Shown: one piece after another, positions 1-12,461 of the stretch
How the letters are laid out: the number at the start of each line of letters is the position of its first letter
How positions within the stretch are numbered: position 1 is the first letter of the stretch
NCBI RefSeq assembly: GCF_036321535.1
Contig: NC_087436.1
Coordinates: 75,518,001 to 75,582,000, forward strand
DNA length: 64,000 bases
Source: Camelus dromedarius
Taxonomy: Eukaryota
Reading direction: 5' to 3'
Translations under genes and position numbers: made by a program
The notes under the pieces: generated by a model
What the model saw: the letters and a program-made list of their open reading frames with translations, nothing else
Told to the model about the DNA's origin: nothing
Database searches by the model: none

Positions 1-185
1 TGTTTGGTGTTTAATCCTCACGACAAGTTCATGAGGTAGTTGTTACCATCCTTATTTTTCAGATGAAGAAATAGAGAGGCTAAGAAACTTGCCCAAGTCC
101 CATAGCTCATAAGGGGCAGCGCTGGGACTCATGCTCGTTCTTCTGACTTCAGATCTTAACTGCCTCTTAACTGCTGTACTGCTGC
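1..185 (-). mobile_element. MIR SINE
   Basis: Reverse-complement MIR core: ttaatcctcac...tttttcagatgaagaaa...acttgcccaag. Confidence 0.8.
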
Positions 186-1222
186 AGTGACATAACATCT
201 CCTTGTGCACCTCTGCCCGTTTTCCCTCTCTTCTTCTCGTTGTCCTCTCCCTGGCCCTCCTCTTCCCTTCCTTCTTGTCTTCCTGTCAGTCTTTAGATCA
301 GCTGGCTGCCCTGTGGACATCGCCAGGTCCACAGGTAGGCACCAAATGGTGAAGGAAAGGTTCGAATTGAGTTTATTGTGATGGTCATACCTATTGAAAG
401 GGTGTGATGACTTTTTTTTTAAATAACCAAGTCCACTAAGTCAGTAACAATCTGCAGTCCATAAAACTTCCTTGAGTTACAGTCCTCATTTTGTTTACTG
501 ATCAGGGCAACAGTACAAATGAGATGATCCTGGGGACATGACAAACACACTTGTCTTAGAGGAGAGAGAGAGCTCTCAGCAGCTGCTGGCTGAAAGCTGT
601 GCAGGGATCCATCCGCATCGCTGGTGTGAGAAATCTCACTCGATACAGACAAGTCACAGGTGGCTTCTGTGTGGATTTGGAAGAGAACAAGGAAAGAAAA
701 GCAAGCTGCCATTACCCTGAGCATTTTAATCTTTTTCTGCCAGCATCACTTTCCTGCTCAATTAAGCCAGATGTATGCTCTAAAGGTCGGCAGATGTCAA
801 GTTTGCACTAACTCAAAGGCCTCAAGGCATTTACCCTTTAACTCCCCGAGGACACTGGCTGCTGTCACTGACAAGGAGCCGGTGACACCGGCCTGCCACC
901 GAGACGATAGTATCTGGAGTGAGAAGCAGCCTCTGCTAGGGAGCACGTGTACGTAAAAGGAGGGAGGGCTAGTGTGAGCCTGCGGCGGTGACGGGTGGGA
1001 ATGTTCTTGGGCTAAGAGGTTGAGTGAAGAAAGCCAGAGCTCCCTGCGGACTGGAAGAATTTAAAAAGAAGACTCCTGAACAGGTGGCCGAGGGAGAGAG
1101 TATATATCTGAAATGCTCTCTGTGTACATTTTGAAACAAAGCAGAAAGCAAATTTCCAAATAGGAGGATTGACCACTGCTGACAGTCAGCCAACCCATCA
1201 ATTGATCAAAAGGTAATTACTG

Positions 1223-1355
1223 GGGGAGGCTATACCTCAGGGTAGAGTACATGCTTAGTGTGCATGCATGAAGTCCTGGGTTCAATCCCCAGTAGCTCCA
1301 TGAAAATAAATACATAAACCGAATTACCTCCCCGAAAAAACAAATAAACAAAAAG
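1223..1355 (+). mobile_element. tRNA-derived SINE (camelid Vic-1-like)
   Basis: Degenerate A box (TACCTCAGGG) and B box (GGTTCAATCC), A-rich tail; TSD AGGTAATTACTG at 1211-1222 and 1356-1367. Confidence 0.88.
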
Positions 1356-2029
1356 AGGTAATTACTGAACACCTGCCACGTGTGTGGCAAATACAAGACT
1401 TTGTGCCGCCATTAACGTTGGCCAGTGGTCGTTTTGATACACAAGGCTGGGATGTACAGTTTTCATAAGGTTATTGGAGTTCTCTAAGTTTGTATCAAAG
1501 GCCTTCAGAAAGGTTCACAGAAATATTTTCTAAAATAAGGGTGAGCCAAGTTACTGATTGGTATCGGAATGTTAATTAAGACGTCTGATGCTGATAATGC
1601 TGACTTCCTTTCAATTCAGATTAGTGCTGTTTAAGATAAAGACCAGCTGGTGTTGGTTTAATAATTTATAACCAAGCAGCCGTATCTGTAGAAATCTCAA
1701 AGTCGAGTGCTGAGAAAAATCCAGCACAACCTGTTATAAATGGTGCTATGCTCTGGCTGAAAGAATTTACAGCAACCAAGTTTATCTCTGGGACAGGCTT
1801 TGAGTTTTACAAATATTAGGTATAAAGGGTGGGGAAATTCAAAGGACAGAACCTCCTCATTCTTTAGTCATTTAAGTACCGGTGCTATTATGCAGGGCTT
1901 TTCTGACTCTAGCTAACACAATAAATCAAAGCAAGTTCAGAGGTTTCTGTTAGCCCGTCTCTCTTTCTTCCTTCCTCCTCTCCCTTTTTCTCTTTCCTTG
2001 CTTCCTTTTACACCAATTTCCCTTCCTCA

Positions 2030-3400
2030 CTTAGGCAACAATTTTAATTTTTTTTTATCTTCTTGTTTTTATGGGCTCATACAAAATGGGTATTGTTTTC
2101 AGTGAGTATATGTAAATGTATATCTTTCTTAAATAATACCATGTTACAGACTTCATGTGGTTCTTTTTTCACATACCAGTGCGTTTTTCAGATTTGCCCA
2201 CATTGTTAGACTGTCTAGCCCTTTGCTTCTCATGCTACATAGTCCTTCCTGGTCTGCGTCCCCCACACCCATCCACTCTCCCAGGGACGGACACCATCAC
2301 TAGAGAGCACCCGTGAACACTTCAAACATGTCCATTGGCGAACCTGGGTGGGAGGTTCCCTGAGATGCATGGATAACCCAGGAGCAGAATTGTTGACTTC
2401 TTGACTCCGCATGTGCTTTGTGTAACTAAGTAGTGCCAGGTAGCTCACCAGCATCTACACTCCCAAAGGTAGGGGTTCTCTCACCCCTACATCCTTGCCA
2501 CCATTTGGCATTATCAAGCTTCAGGTTTTTTCAATACGTATACAGGGACATCCCATTTTAATTTGCATTTTTCTGATTATTAATGAGTTTGAGGTTATCG
2601 TCAATTCTTGTTGGACTTTTGTGTTTCCCCCTCAATAAATTGCTTTTTAATGTTTTCTCCACTGTTTTATTAGCCTTGCTGCCTTTTTATTGTAAATTTT
2701 ATGGAGTTCCTTGCCTGTTATAGATCTTTACTGTGTCATTCTTAACTATGCAAATATTTTCCCATTTTGTTACCTTTTGTGGTACACTTTGCTGAACAGA
2801 AATCTCTTAATTCATCATTTCTTACTTTAACATTTTGCTTTTGAATTTTTGTCTAAGAAGACCTATTCTGCTCAATTTCACAAAGAAATTATCCTATAAT
2901 TAATAGAAGAAATTCTATTAATTTCACAGTTTTATTTTTATGTAGACTGTTGACCCATCTGGAGTCCACTTATATATATATATATATATATATATAGGTT
3001 TAAGTAGGGATCTAGTTTGACTTCTCTCCATTTCATGATCCAGTTTCCACAGAATCGTCTAATAATTCAGTGTAACCTTCTCCATTGACCTTTATTGTAT
3101 ATTAAATTTCTATATGCATGTAGGTCTATCTCTGAGCTATTTCAGTAGTCTAAATTTCTATTCTTGTACTACTATCACATTGTATTGTTTTATTTATTTC
3201 TATTGCTTTCCAGTATGTCTCAGTGTCTAATTGGGCAGATTCTCCCTTTTTTTCCCTCATTTTCAAAGTTAACTATTCATGAACTTTAGAGTATGTTTAT
3301 TGAATTCCTAATAAAATTTAACTGGAAGTTTTATTAATATTGTATTGAACTATAGGCTAGTTTGGAGGAGAAATGATGTCTTCCTAATAATTTTATTTAA
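2030..3400 (-). mobile_element. Ancient degraded L1 (L1M-type) 3' part
   Basis: Antisense L1 ORF2-end/3'UTR-like text (ccaggagcagaattgttg, ttaatttgcatttttctgatt, gcaaatattttccc); boundaries approximate. Confidence 0.65.
2971..2996. repeat. (TA)13 microsatellite
   Basis: Read directly. Confidence 0.95.
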
Positions 3401-3730
3401 ATTTACAAATAATACTCCAAGTATTACTTTAGGTGTACCTTGAGATGTCAGTTCTAGAGTTAGAAACTTCAGAAGTTTTGGATAGGAGACTTTAAATTTT
3501 TTTAACAGTAGGATGGGTTTGAGATCATGTTACTATCAGTTTAATAAAAACAGTTATAGTCATGGGTTGATAAATTTACAAAAAAGGGTAACCACAAGCC
3601 AAAAATTTACAAAGGAGTCACAAAAATTAAATAAAATCCATGATAATATAAAGGAAAATTACCAAACCACAAAAGGAAGAAGAAAGGAACAAAGAGGATA
3701 TACCAATTCAACTGCAAAGATAAGTTCAAA

Positions 3731-6700
3731 ATGGGAATAAACACACATCTATCATTAATTACTGTAAATGTTAATGGACTAAATGCTCCAGTCAAAAGAC
3801 ACAGAGTGGCAGACTGGATAATAAAGCAAGAACCTTCAATATGCTGCATACAAGAGACCCACTTTAGGGAGAAGGACACATATAGATTGAGAGTGAAAGG
3901 ATGGAAAAGGATATTCCATGCAAATGGAAAAGCCAAAAAAGCAGGTGTTGCAGTACTGATTTCAGACAAAATAGACTTTAAAACAAAGGCCATAAAGAAA
4001 GATAAAGAAGGACATTTTATAATGATTAAAGGAGTGATACAAGATGAGGATATTACACTCGTTAATATATATGCACCCAATATAGGAGCACCTAAGTACA
4101 TACAAGAATTACTAACAGAGATAAAGGGGGATATTGATGGGAATACAATCATAGTTGGAGATTTTAACACTGCATTAACATCACTAGACAGATCTTCCAG
4201 ACAGAAAATAAACAAGGCAACAGAGAAATTAAATACTACAATAGAAAAACTAGATTTGGTGGATATTTTCAGAGCATTACACCCCCCAAAAATAGACTAT
4301 ACATTCTTTTCAAGTGCACATGGAACATTTTCCAGGATCGATCATGTACTTGGGCACAAAAGAAACGTCAACAATTTTAAGAAGATAGAAATTATCTCAA
4401 GCATCTTTACTGACCACAATGCCATGAAACTGGAAATCAACAACAGAGAAACAAAGGAGAAAAAAAGGAAAGCATGGAGATTAAACAATATGTTATTGAA
4501 AAAACAATGGATCAATGAGGAAATCAAAGCTGAAATTAAAAAATACCTTGAGACAAATGATAATGAAAGCACAACCACTCAAAACCTATGGGACACAGCA
4601 AAGGCAGTGCTAAGAGGGAAGTTTATAGCAATACAGGCCTTCCTCAAAAAAGAAGAACAATCTCAAAGAAACAATTTAACCCACCACCTGAATGAATTAG
4701 AAAAAGAAGAACAAAAAGCCCCAAAAAGCAGCAGAAGGAAGGAAATAATAAAGATCAGAGAGGAATTAAATACAATAGAGATTAACAAGACCATAGAAAG
4801 AATCAACCAAACCAAAAGCTGGTTTTTTGAAAAAGTAAATAAAATCGACAAACCTCTGTCCAAACTCACAAAGAAGAAAAAAGAGAGAGCACAAATTAGC
4901 GAAATAAGAAAGGAAAATGGAGAAATTACAACAAACAAAATAGAAATACAGAATATCATACGAGAATATTATGAAAAACTATATGGAACCAAACTGGATA
5001 ACCTAGAGGAGATGGACAAGTTTCTGGAAACATACTGTCCACCAAGACTGAATCAAGAAGAATCTGAACACTTGAACAATCCGATCACTAGAAAGGAAAT
5101 AGAAATAGCAATTAAAAACCTCCCTACAAATAGAAGTCCAGGACCGGACGGCTTCACCGGGGAATTCTACCAAACATACAAAGAAGAACTCATACCAGTC
5201 CTTCTCAAACTCTTCCAGACGATTGAAAAGGAGGGAATACTCCCAAACTCATTCTATGAAGCCACCATCACCCTGATACCAAAACCAGGCAAAGACACTA
5301 CAAAAAAAGAGAATTATAGGCCAATATCACTGATGAACATAGACGCCAAAATCCTCACCAAAATATTAGCAAATAGAATCCAACAACGCATAAAAAAGAT
5401 TATACATCATGACCAAGTGGGGTTCATCCCAGGGACACAAGGCTGGTTCAACATATGCAAATCAATCAGTGTAATACATCACATCAACAAGAGAAAGGAC
5501 AAAAACCACATGATCATCTCAATCGATGCAGAAAAAGCATTTGATAAAATTCAACACCCATTTATGATAAAAACTCTCGCCAAAGTGGGTATAGAGGTAA
5601 CATATCTCAACATAATAAAAGCTATATATGACAAACCTACAGCCAGCATAGTACTCAACGGTGAAAAAGTCAAAAGCTTCCCACTAAAATCTAGGACAAG
5701 ACAAGGATGCCCACTATCACCACTCCTATTCAACATAGTCCTGGAAGTCCTAGCCACAGCTGTCAGGCAAGAGAAAGAAATAAAAGGGATCCAAATTGGA
5801 AAAGAAGAGGTAAAAGTGTCATTATATGCTGATGACATGTTACTATATATAGAAAACCCTATAAGGTCCACACAAAAGCTACTAGAGCTGATTGAAGAAT
5901 TCAGCAAGGTAGCAGGTTACAAAATTAACGTTCAAAAATCAGTTGCATTTCTTTACACTAATGATAAATCAACAGAAGAAGAAAGTAAAGAAACAATCCC
6001 CTTTAAAATAGCACCCAAAGTAATAAAATATCTGGGAATAAATCTAACCAAGGAGGTGAAAGAATTATACACAGAAAACTATAAACCATTGATGAAGGAA
6101 ATTAAAGAAGACTTTAAAAAATGGAAAGATATTCCATGCTCTTGGATTGGAAGAATCAATATTGTTAAAATGGTCACACTGCCCAAGGCAATCTACAGAT
6201 TTAATGCAATCCCTATCCAATTACCCAGGACATATTTCACAGAACTAGAACAAATCATAATAAAATTCATATGGAACCATCAAAGACCTAGAATTCCCAA
6301 AGCATTACTGAAGAGAAAGAAAGAGGCTGGAGGAATAACTCTCCCAGACTTCAGACAATACTATACAGCTACAGTCATCAAGACAGCATGGTATTGGTAC
6401 CAAAATAGACATATAGACCAATGGAACAGAGTAGAGAGCCCAGAAATGAACCCACAAACTTTTGGTCAACTCATCTTTGACAAAGGAGGCAAGAATATAC
6501 ATTGGAATAAAGACAGTCTCTTCAGCAAATGGTGTTGGGAAAACTGGACAGCAGCATGTAAAACAATGAAGCTAGAACACTCCCTTACACCATATACAAA
6601 AATCAACTCAAAATGGATCAAAGACTTAAACATAAGACAAGATACAATAAACCTCCTAGAGGAAAACATAGGCAAAACATTATCTGACATACATTTAAAA

Positions 6701-7528
6701 AATTTTCTCCTAGAAGAAATAAAAGCAAGAATAAACAAATGGGACCTAATGAAACTTACAAGCTTCTGCACAGCAAAGGAAACCAGAAATAAAACAAGAA
6801 GAAAACCTACGGAATGGGAGAAAATTTTTGCAAGTGAAACCGACAAAGGCTTGATCTCCAGAATATATAAGCAGCTCATACGACTCAATAAGAAAAAAAT
6901 AAACAACCCAATCCAAAAATGGGCAGAAGACCTAAACAAGCAATTCTCCAAGGAAGACATACAAATGATCAAAAAGCACGTGAAAAAATGCTCAATATCA
7001 CTAATTATCAGAGAAATGCAAATCAAAACTACAATGAGGTATCACCTCACACCAGTCAGAATGGCCGTCATTCAAAAATCCACAAATGACAAATGCTGGA
7101 GAGGCTGTGGAGAAAGGGGAACCCTCCTACACTGCTGGTGGGAATGCAGTTTGGTGCAGCCACTATGGAAAACAGTGTGGAGATTCCTCAAAAGACTAGG
7201 AATAGACTTACCATATGACCCAGGAATCCCACTCCTGGGCTTGTATCCAGAAGGAAATCTACTTCAGGATGACACCTGCACCCCAATGTTCATAGCAGCA
7301 CTATTTACAATAGCCAACACATGGAAACAGCCTCAATGTCCATCAACAGGTGACTGGATAAAGAAGAAGTGGTATATTTATACAATGGAATACTACTCAG
7401 CCATAAAAACCGACAACATCGTGCCATTTGCAGCAACATGGATGCTCCTGGAGAATGTCATTCTAAGTGAAGTAAGCCAGAAAGAGAAAGAAAAATACCA
7501 TATGAGATTGCTCATATGTGGAATCTAA
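3731..7528 (+). CDS. LINE-1 ORF2p (APE endonuclease, reverse transcriptase, Cys-rich C-terminus), 1265 aa, uninterrupted
   Basis: Endonuclease motifs NVNGLN, QETH, YAP, GDFN, RIDH, TDH; RT motifs [19 protein letters not shown] (5825-5836), KYLG; CWRGC...HCWWEC knuckle (7094-7147). Confidence 0.98.
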   Translation: MGINTHLSLITVNVNGLNAPVKRHRVADWIIKQEPSICCIQETHFREKDTYRLRVKGWKRIFHANGKAKKAGVAVLISDKIDFKTKAIKKDKEGHFIMIKGVIQDEDITLVNIYAPNIGAPKYIQELLTEIKGDIDGNTIIVGDFNTALTSLDRSSRQKINKATEKLNTTIEKLDLVDIFRALHPPKIDYTFFSSAHGTFSRIDHVLGHKRNVNNFKKIEIISSIFTDHNAMKLEINNRETKEKKRKAWRLNNMLLKKQWINEEIKAEIKKYLETNDNESTTTQNLWDTAKAVLRGKFIAIQAFLKKEEQSQRNNLTHHLNELEKEEQKAPKSSRRKEIIKIREELNTIEINKTIERINQTKSWFFEKVNKIDKPLSKLTKKKKERAQISEIRKENGEITTNKIEIQNIIREYYEKLYGTKLDNLEEMDKFLETYCPPRLNQEESEHLNNPITRKEIEIAIKNLPTNRSPGPDGFTGEFYQTYKEELIPVLLKLFQTIEKEGILPNSFYEATITLIPKPGKDTTKKENYRPISLMNIDAKILTKILANRIQQRIKKIIHHDQVGFIPGTQGWFNICKSISVIHHINKRKDKNHMIISIDAEKAFDKIQHPFMIKTLAKVGIEVTYLNIIKAIYDKPTASIVLNGEKVKSFPLKSRTRQGCPLSPLLFNIVLEVLATAVRQEKEIKGIQIGKEEVKVSLYADDMLLYIENPIRSTQKLLELIEEFSKVAGYKINVQKSVAFLYTNDKSTEEESKETIPFKIAPKVIKYLGINLTKEVKELYTENYKPLMKEIKEDFKKWKDIPCSWIGRINIVKMVTLPKAIYRFNAIPIQLPRTYFTELEQIIIKFIWNHQRPRIPKALLKRKKEAGGITLPDFRQYYTATVIKTAWYWYQNRHIDQWNRVESPEMNPQTFGQLIFDKGGKNIHWNKDSLFSKWCWENWTAACKTMKLEHSLTPYTKINSKWIKDLNIRQDTINLLEENIGKTLSDIHLKNFLLEEIKARINKWDLMKLTSFCTAKETRNKTRRKPTEWEKIFASETDKGLISRIYKQLIRLNKKKINNPIQKWAEDLNKQFSKEDIQMIKKHVKKCSISLIIREMQIKTTMRYHLTPVRMAVIQKSTNDKCWRGCGERGTLLHCWWECSLVQPLWKTVWRFLKRLGIDLPYDPGIPLLGLYPEGNLLQDDTCTPMFIAALFTIANTWKQPQCPSTGDWIKKKWYIYTMEYYSAIKTDNIVPFAATWMLLENVILSEVSQKEKEKYHMRLLICGI

Positions 7529-7624
7529 AAAACAAAAACAAAAGCAAACAAACAAACAAAAACAAAGCGTAAATAAAGGACAGAAATAGACTCACAGACA
7601 GAGAATACAGACTTGTGGTTACCA

Positions 7625-7646
7625 GGGGGGTGGAGGGTGGGAAGGG
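7625..7646 (+). other. G-quadruplex-forming polypurine tract of the L1 3'UTR
   Basis: GGGGGG TGGA GGG T GGG AA GGG, four G-runs; a G-rich 3'UTR tract is a known feature of mammalian L1. Confidence 0.7.
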
Positions 7647-8849
7647 ATAGACTGGGATTTCAAAATTGTAGAATAGACTACACTGTATAGCACAGGGAAA
7701 TATACACAAAATGTTATGATAACTCACAGAGAAAAAAATGTGACAATGAGTGTGTATATGTCCATGAATAACTGAAAAATTGTGCTGAACACTGGAATTT
7801 GACACAACATTGTAAAATGATTATAAATCAATAAAAAATGTTAAAAAAAAAAAAAAAGAAACTTCAGAAGTTTTGGAGGGTGGGAGGGGAGAGTGCTTTT
7901 TAGATTCAGTTTTGCTTCTTTGTTCCAGTTATGAGTTGAGAGGCTGATTTTCTTCTTCACTGATATGAAGGCCAGGGCCTTTATCCATTTACTGAAGATG
8001 AATTTGCCTTACATGTTTGCTTCTAGAGGTGCCAGATCCTCCAGGATTTGGGATGGAACATTTGGCCTCATCACTTGCCATCTTTTTTCTCAAGTTCTTA
8101 AAATACTTTTCAGGAGGTTAGAATAGTGTTGGTAGATTAAAAGAACAGACAGAATAAGTCTTCACAGTTCTCTATACCTCAAACATTGAGTCTCTGGTCG
8201 TGAGAAGAGATTTGCTTTGCTTGTTTTTAAAGAATTTAACCAAGGAGTACGGAGTCAACTGAGTCATAGGCTTACCCGCAGCTGCATTCCCCTCCCCTCG
8301 CTTCCACTCTCGGGAAAGGCAGCTTTCCTCTGTTCTGTTCAAGGCTAATCTCCCCATCTGTGCTTTTGAATGTAATTCCCCTTTTTCTCCTAGATATGCT
8401 TTCAACGATTATTCAGACTCTTCTCTTGTTAAAAACCTTTGCCAGGGTCTGTATTGGCCTTGGGCTTTTACAGTATTGGAGAGACAAAATATCTTGTTAC
8501 CCTTTTAATTATTTCCTACCTGTGCCCTTCTGTTCACAGCCAAGCGCCTTTAAAGGAACAGTTTGTTTATTTTGTTTGTTTGTTTGTTTATTATTTAACA
8601 GTTAAAGAAGAAGGAGATGGATTTATTTCTATGTATTGATACAAATCCAAGAACTATCACACAGTTTTAAAAAGGGAAATAAACCACGTAATATGCTAAC
8701 ATTTATATAAAAACAAAAGGATATATATGTATATGAGTAAAGGACATATTTATGTAAAGAATATATGAAAATAGAAAGACCACTTTCCCACTAAGAATGA
8801 GTAAGAGTTTAATATCGTTGTAAAGAAACAGTTTATAATCATGGCCTTC

Positions 8850-10046
8850 GCTCCCATTCTGTCCGATGAATCCACTGAAATGGTTGTGGCACAGGTCACC
8901 AGGTCCCAATTTCTAAGGGACGTGAACCTTCTTCAGATTTTATTTGTCTTCTCTGTACTGTAAATGTCTTCCTTCTTGAACTTTTTTCGCTCTTGGGTTC
9001 TCAGCCACCATACTCCTGTTTTTCTCTCCTACCTTTGGATCACTTCTTCTCAGTCACTTTTGCTAGTTTTTTCTTCTCTCAGTGACTTTTGGTGTTCTCT
9101 TAATCTTTGACTACTTCTCTCTAATCCTTCCTCCTTTTACTGAATAAATCGACTCATTTCTGATTTCGGCAACCACCTCTCTGTAATGACCCCCGGGCCT
9201 CTTTCTTGAGTCCCAGAGTTATAACTCAGGCTGTTTGCGGGCCACATGTATGCCAAAGCGAGCCCATCCTAATCCCCCACACCTACCCTCCTTTTTGGGT
9301 TCCTTGAGTGGCGTCACTCATCTCCATGCCAGAGCCCTGGAAGCCATTTGAGACACTTTTCCCCGCACTACTCTCAAATCTGTCACCTCATTCACAGCCT
9401 TGATTCAACTCCCAATCATCGCGTTCCGTGAGCATTGCCACCATCTTCCAACCAGGCCCCCAACTCTCCTTTCTCACCTCTCCCAACTGTCTCCAAACTG
9501 AAGCCAAAGTGATCTTTCTTATATGCAAACATGACCCCATTTCTACTGTGTTTAAAACTGTGTAAGGGCTCCCCGTGTCTTTGACGGGATGAGAATCTCC
9601 ACTAGACTAGTCTGGTGTAGTTTCCATAGTCTGGCCCTTCACACTATCTCAGCTGAACGGAACTGCTGGTTCCCAGGATTCTCCTGGGGTCTGGGCCTGC
9701 GCTTGCCTTGCTGCTTCAGCCAGGAGTACATTCCCATCAGCCTGGCGTTCTCTGACTCACTTTCCAAGACAGCGCTCAAGGGTCATTTCTTCTCTGAACC
9801 CTTTCTTGACCTTTCATACCGCCTACCCCACACACATTTTGTTGGAATGTTTCTTGTGCCTACTAAGTGATGTGTTTAGTATTCCTAATATTACACGTGT
9901 TTATCTCCCTCTGGCAGACTAATAGGTCCCTTAAAGTAGAGACCAAGTTGATTTGGCTTTTGTGTCTCTACCACCTGACACAGGACCTAACACATAGCTT
10001 AAGAAATGTTTTGGGGGCTAAATGAATGAATAAGTGAATGAATAGA
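8850..10046 (+). mobile_element. L2 LINE 3' part
   Basis: Pyrimidine-rich degraded body ending in the L2 tail aaatgaatgaataagtgaatgaat. Confidence 0.65.
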
Positions 10047-10142
10047 TCCTGGAAGGTTGTGTGAAGTTCAGCAATTTCTACCTAATTTTTGTAGCATGAC
10101 CTTGTTTAGTAGAACTCTGAATTTCTGAATTCTCTCTCCAAC

Positions 10143-10275
10143 TAAGGTTGTCAGGTAAAACACAGAATGAAATATTTGGGACAAACATAAACTAAAAAAT
10201 TTATTCATTATTTATCTGGAAATTCAAATTTAGCTGGGCATCTGATATTTTTATTTGCTAACTCTGGCAACCCTA
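10143..10275. mobile_element. MER53-like hAT MITE (internally deleted)
   Basis: Termini taaggttgtcag ... tctggcaacccta; internal aaattcaaattt text. Confidence 0.75.
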
Positions 10276-10560
10276 CTGCCAAAACCATTTTGACTTTAAG
10301 TCCCATATTAAGTTGGATACACTTAATATATTGTATAGGTGGGCCTCAGTACTTGTTATGCTTAGTTCAATGAATAATTAGTTGGTTCTCCTTCAACTGT
10401 GAAAACAGAAATGTTGGAATCAAGGAAATAGAACTCAGCTGAGCAGCCAGAGAATGTGATTATTATGTTGATATCAACTGTGGATGTTGTAAAGAATAGA
10501 CTTTCTCTGCTCCCTTTGCTCACTATTGATTTTCTCTGATGAGTTTTCCTCCCCTTTTAG

Positions 10561-10701
10561 CTTGTGATCAATCCTGTAAGAGTTGTGGCCCCAGTAGTCC
10601 CAGATGTCTCACCTGTGCTGAGAAGACGGTGTTGAATGATGGGAAATGCATTTCTGAATGCCCTGATGGCTACTACGCTGATGCCACGGGCAGATGCAAA
10701 G
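10561..10701 (+). CDS. FRAS1: FRAS1 internal exon, furin-like repeat (A)CDQSCKSCGPSSPRCLTCAEKTVLNDGKCISECPDGYYADATGRCK
   Basis: ccccttttag|CT acceptor, AAAG|gtatga donor, 141 bp, phase 1-1; 8-Cys furin-like pattern matching recalled FRAS1 sequence. Confidence 0.96.
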
Positions 10702-10731
10702 GTATGACATGGGTAATTGTTAAATGGTTAT

Positions 10732-10765
10732 ATCATCATCATCATCATCACCATCTTCATCATCA
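10732..10765. repeat. Imperfect (CAT)n microsatellite
   Basis: Read directly; starts 30 nt after the 10701 donor. Confidence 0.9.
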
Positions 10766-11894
10766 AAAAGTATGTAACACGTTTGGTTATGCTTGCTGCT
10801 GTATGCTGCTCATTTGGAAATTTGTTTATATGATGGGAAATTGTCAAATTAAAAGGAGTCGCTTTTCCTTATAGAACCTATGTGGATCTGGTATGGGAGC
10901 AGGAAATATGGTGGATGCTGGAGGACTAGAGCAGTTAAATACAGGACTTATACATATCAATCATCATTAGAGATCATTGGGTCTTTTTGAAATGCCAAGA
11001 ACACCTTCAGTATCTTTGTACAGTCCTTGTGTACTTGTAAACCATCACTAACTTACGTTGTAGGTATGACAATCATTCCTTAGATGGCATTTATAAACAC
11101 ATATATTGGCAACTACATCACACCATAAAAATAAAATAAGTAAACCAGGTTTGATAGCTTGTAAAGCTAAAGTCTGTATCTATTGAAAATTTGGTTTTAT
11201 GTGCTATCCATAGTGTTTCTTTCAGACTTACACAACTTAAACTAGGAGACATTCCCATTTGAGGTGGTAACTTATTGCTGCCTACGATATTTTGATTGCC
11301 CCTCTTCTCCAAAACAAACCCACATATTCTTACTTCCACCTGTAGTGTCTGTCAGTGGCAGGGCATTTAGATTGGTCTCACAACCTTGTCTTTTCAACCT
11401 CCTGTTTATTTGCCAACCTCTTTACTCATCCAGTGTTTGTGCATCCCTTTTCCTCGATATCCTGCCCCCAACAGGCTCATCCTGTCTCCACACTCCCCTC
11501 TCCCAGCTCCTGACCCTTGTCCTCTGAGCCTTCTTTCAGTATCTCACTGCTGTCTGTTAGGATGGCATGGTACCATCTGTCTCTTAGAGTCAGAGGTGTC
11601 CCACCGCTACCCCCAGAACCAAAGCAGTGGAGATGCATGCTGACATCATCACATGTAGTGCTCAGATTCTTTCATATAATTCTTACTTAGGATCCTAGAA
11701 TGTCCAGCTGTAAGTATTTGAGATGACCATTTGGTCCAGCCTCTCACTGTGCATATGCCAAAGAAACTAGGCCTGGAGAGACTCAGACTTGGCTAAGGGC
11801 ATAAGTTAACAGACAAACCAGTCAAAAATGCCAGCGCTCCCAACACGCAGATCAATGAACTTTCCACTCTTCCCTATTCACATGGGCAGTTTTA

Positions 11895-12105
11895 GGTTCA
11901 GGCAAGCCTAGGGCTAAATCTCAGCTCTGCTACGAATGAACTCTGTGATCCTGAGTCAATTTTTTTTTAACTTTCTATGACTTCAGTTTTCTCATCTGCA
12001 AAATGGGGTTCACAGTACCTACCTCATAACGTTGCTATGAAGATTAAAAAGTGCAATATGTGTATAACACTTAGTTCAAATGCTAAGTAAAGGGTAGCTA
12101 ATAAA
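11895..12105 (+). mobile_element. MIR SINE
   Basis: cttcagttttctcatctgcaaaatgggg...acctacctcata...gaagattaaa. Confidence 0.85.
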
Positions 12106-12320
12106 TCATAGCTAGCACATGGGTGACAGATGGGTAAAGGAGCAATGTGGGTGGTTCTGGTGATATTACGACCTCTGAACGTGTCTTTTCCCTTGATTTG
12201 GTGTGACAGCTAGCGAACTGAGTGAGAGAACTGAGTGAGAGTGGCACATAAGGAGCCCAGCCAAGACATAGGCTTCTTAGTCACCTCAGTCCCACGTGTC
12301 CCCCGCACTCTCTTCCTCAG

Positions 12321-12461
12321 CGTGTCACCACTCGTGTGCCAGCTGCTCCGGCCCTGCCGCCTCTCAGTGTACTGCCTGCAGCGCCCCCCAGGCTCTGCGC
12401 CAAGGCCACTGCCTGCCCAGCTGCGGAGAGGGCTTCTACCCCAACCGCGGGGTCTGCAAAG
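12321..12461 (+). CDS. FRAS1: FRAS1 exon, furin-like repeat (A)CHHSCASCSGPAASQCTACSAPQALRQGHCLPSCGEGFYPNRGVCK
   Basis: tcttcctcag|CG acceptor, AAAG|gtatcg donor, 141 bp, in frame with neighbours. Confidence 0.96.

Larger units (their letters stand above)
3483..7856 (+). mobile_element. Young 5'-truncated LINE-1 (inter-ORF spacer, ORF2, 3'UTR, polyA)
   Basis: Perfect 21-bp TSD AGAAACTTCAGAAGTTTTGGA at 3462-3482 and 7857-7877; TT/AGAA endonuclease-type site; AATAAA 7830-7835; A-tail 7843-7857; no ORF1 or 5'UTR. Confidence 0.98.

Noticed and set aside
538..720. ORF containing ESCAG, resembling the preceding FRAS1 repeat
   Set aside because: No 8-Cys spacing or matching splice sites; the upstream exon probably lies before the window
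3607..7805. Minus-strand ORFs of 65-202 aa over the L1
   Set aside because: Antisense shadows of the A-rich L1 sequence
10702..10874. Read-through of the first exon into a poly-His tail
   Set aside because: His run comes from an intronic (CAT)n microsatellite beyond a good GT donor
12215..12240. Short direct duplications (GAACTGAGTGAGA x2; similar ones near 155, 20625, 22897, 29785)
   Set aside because: Ordinary slippage duplications with no further structure
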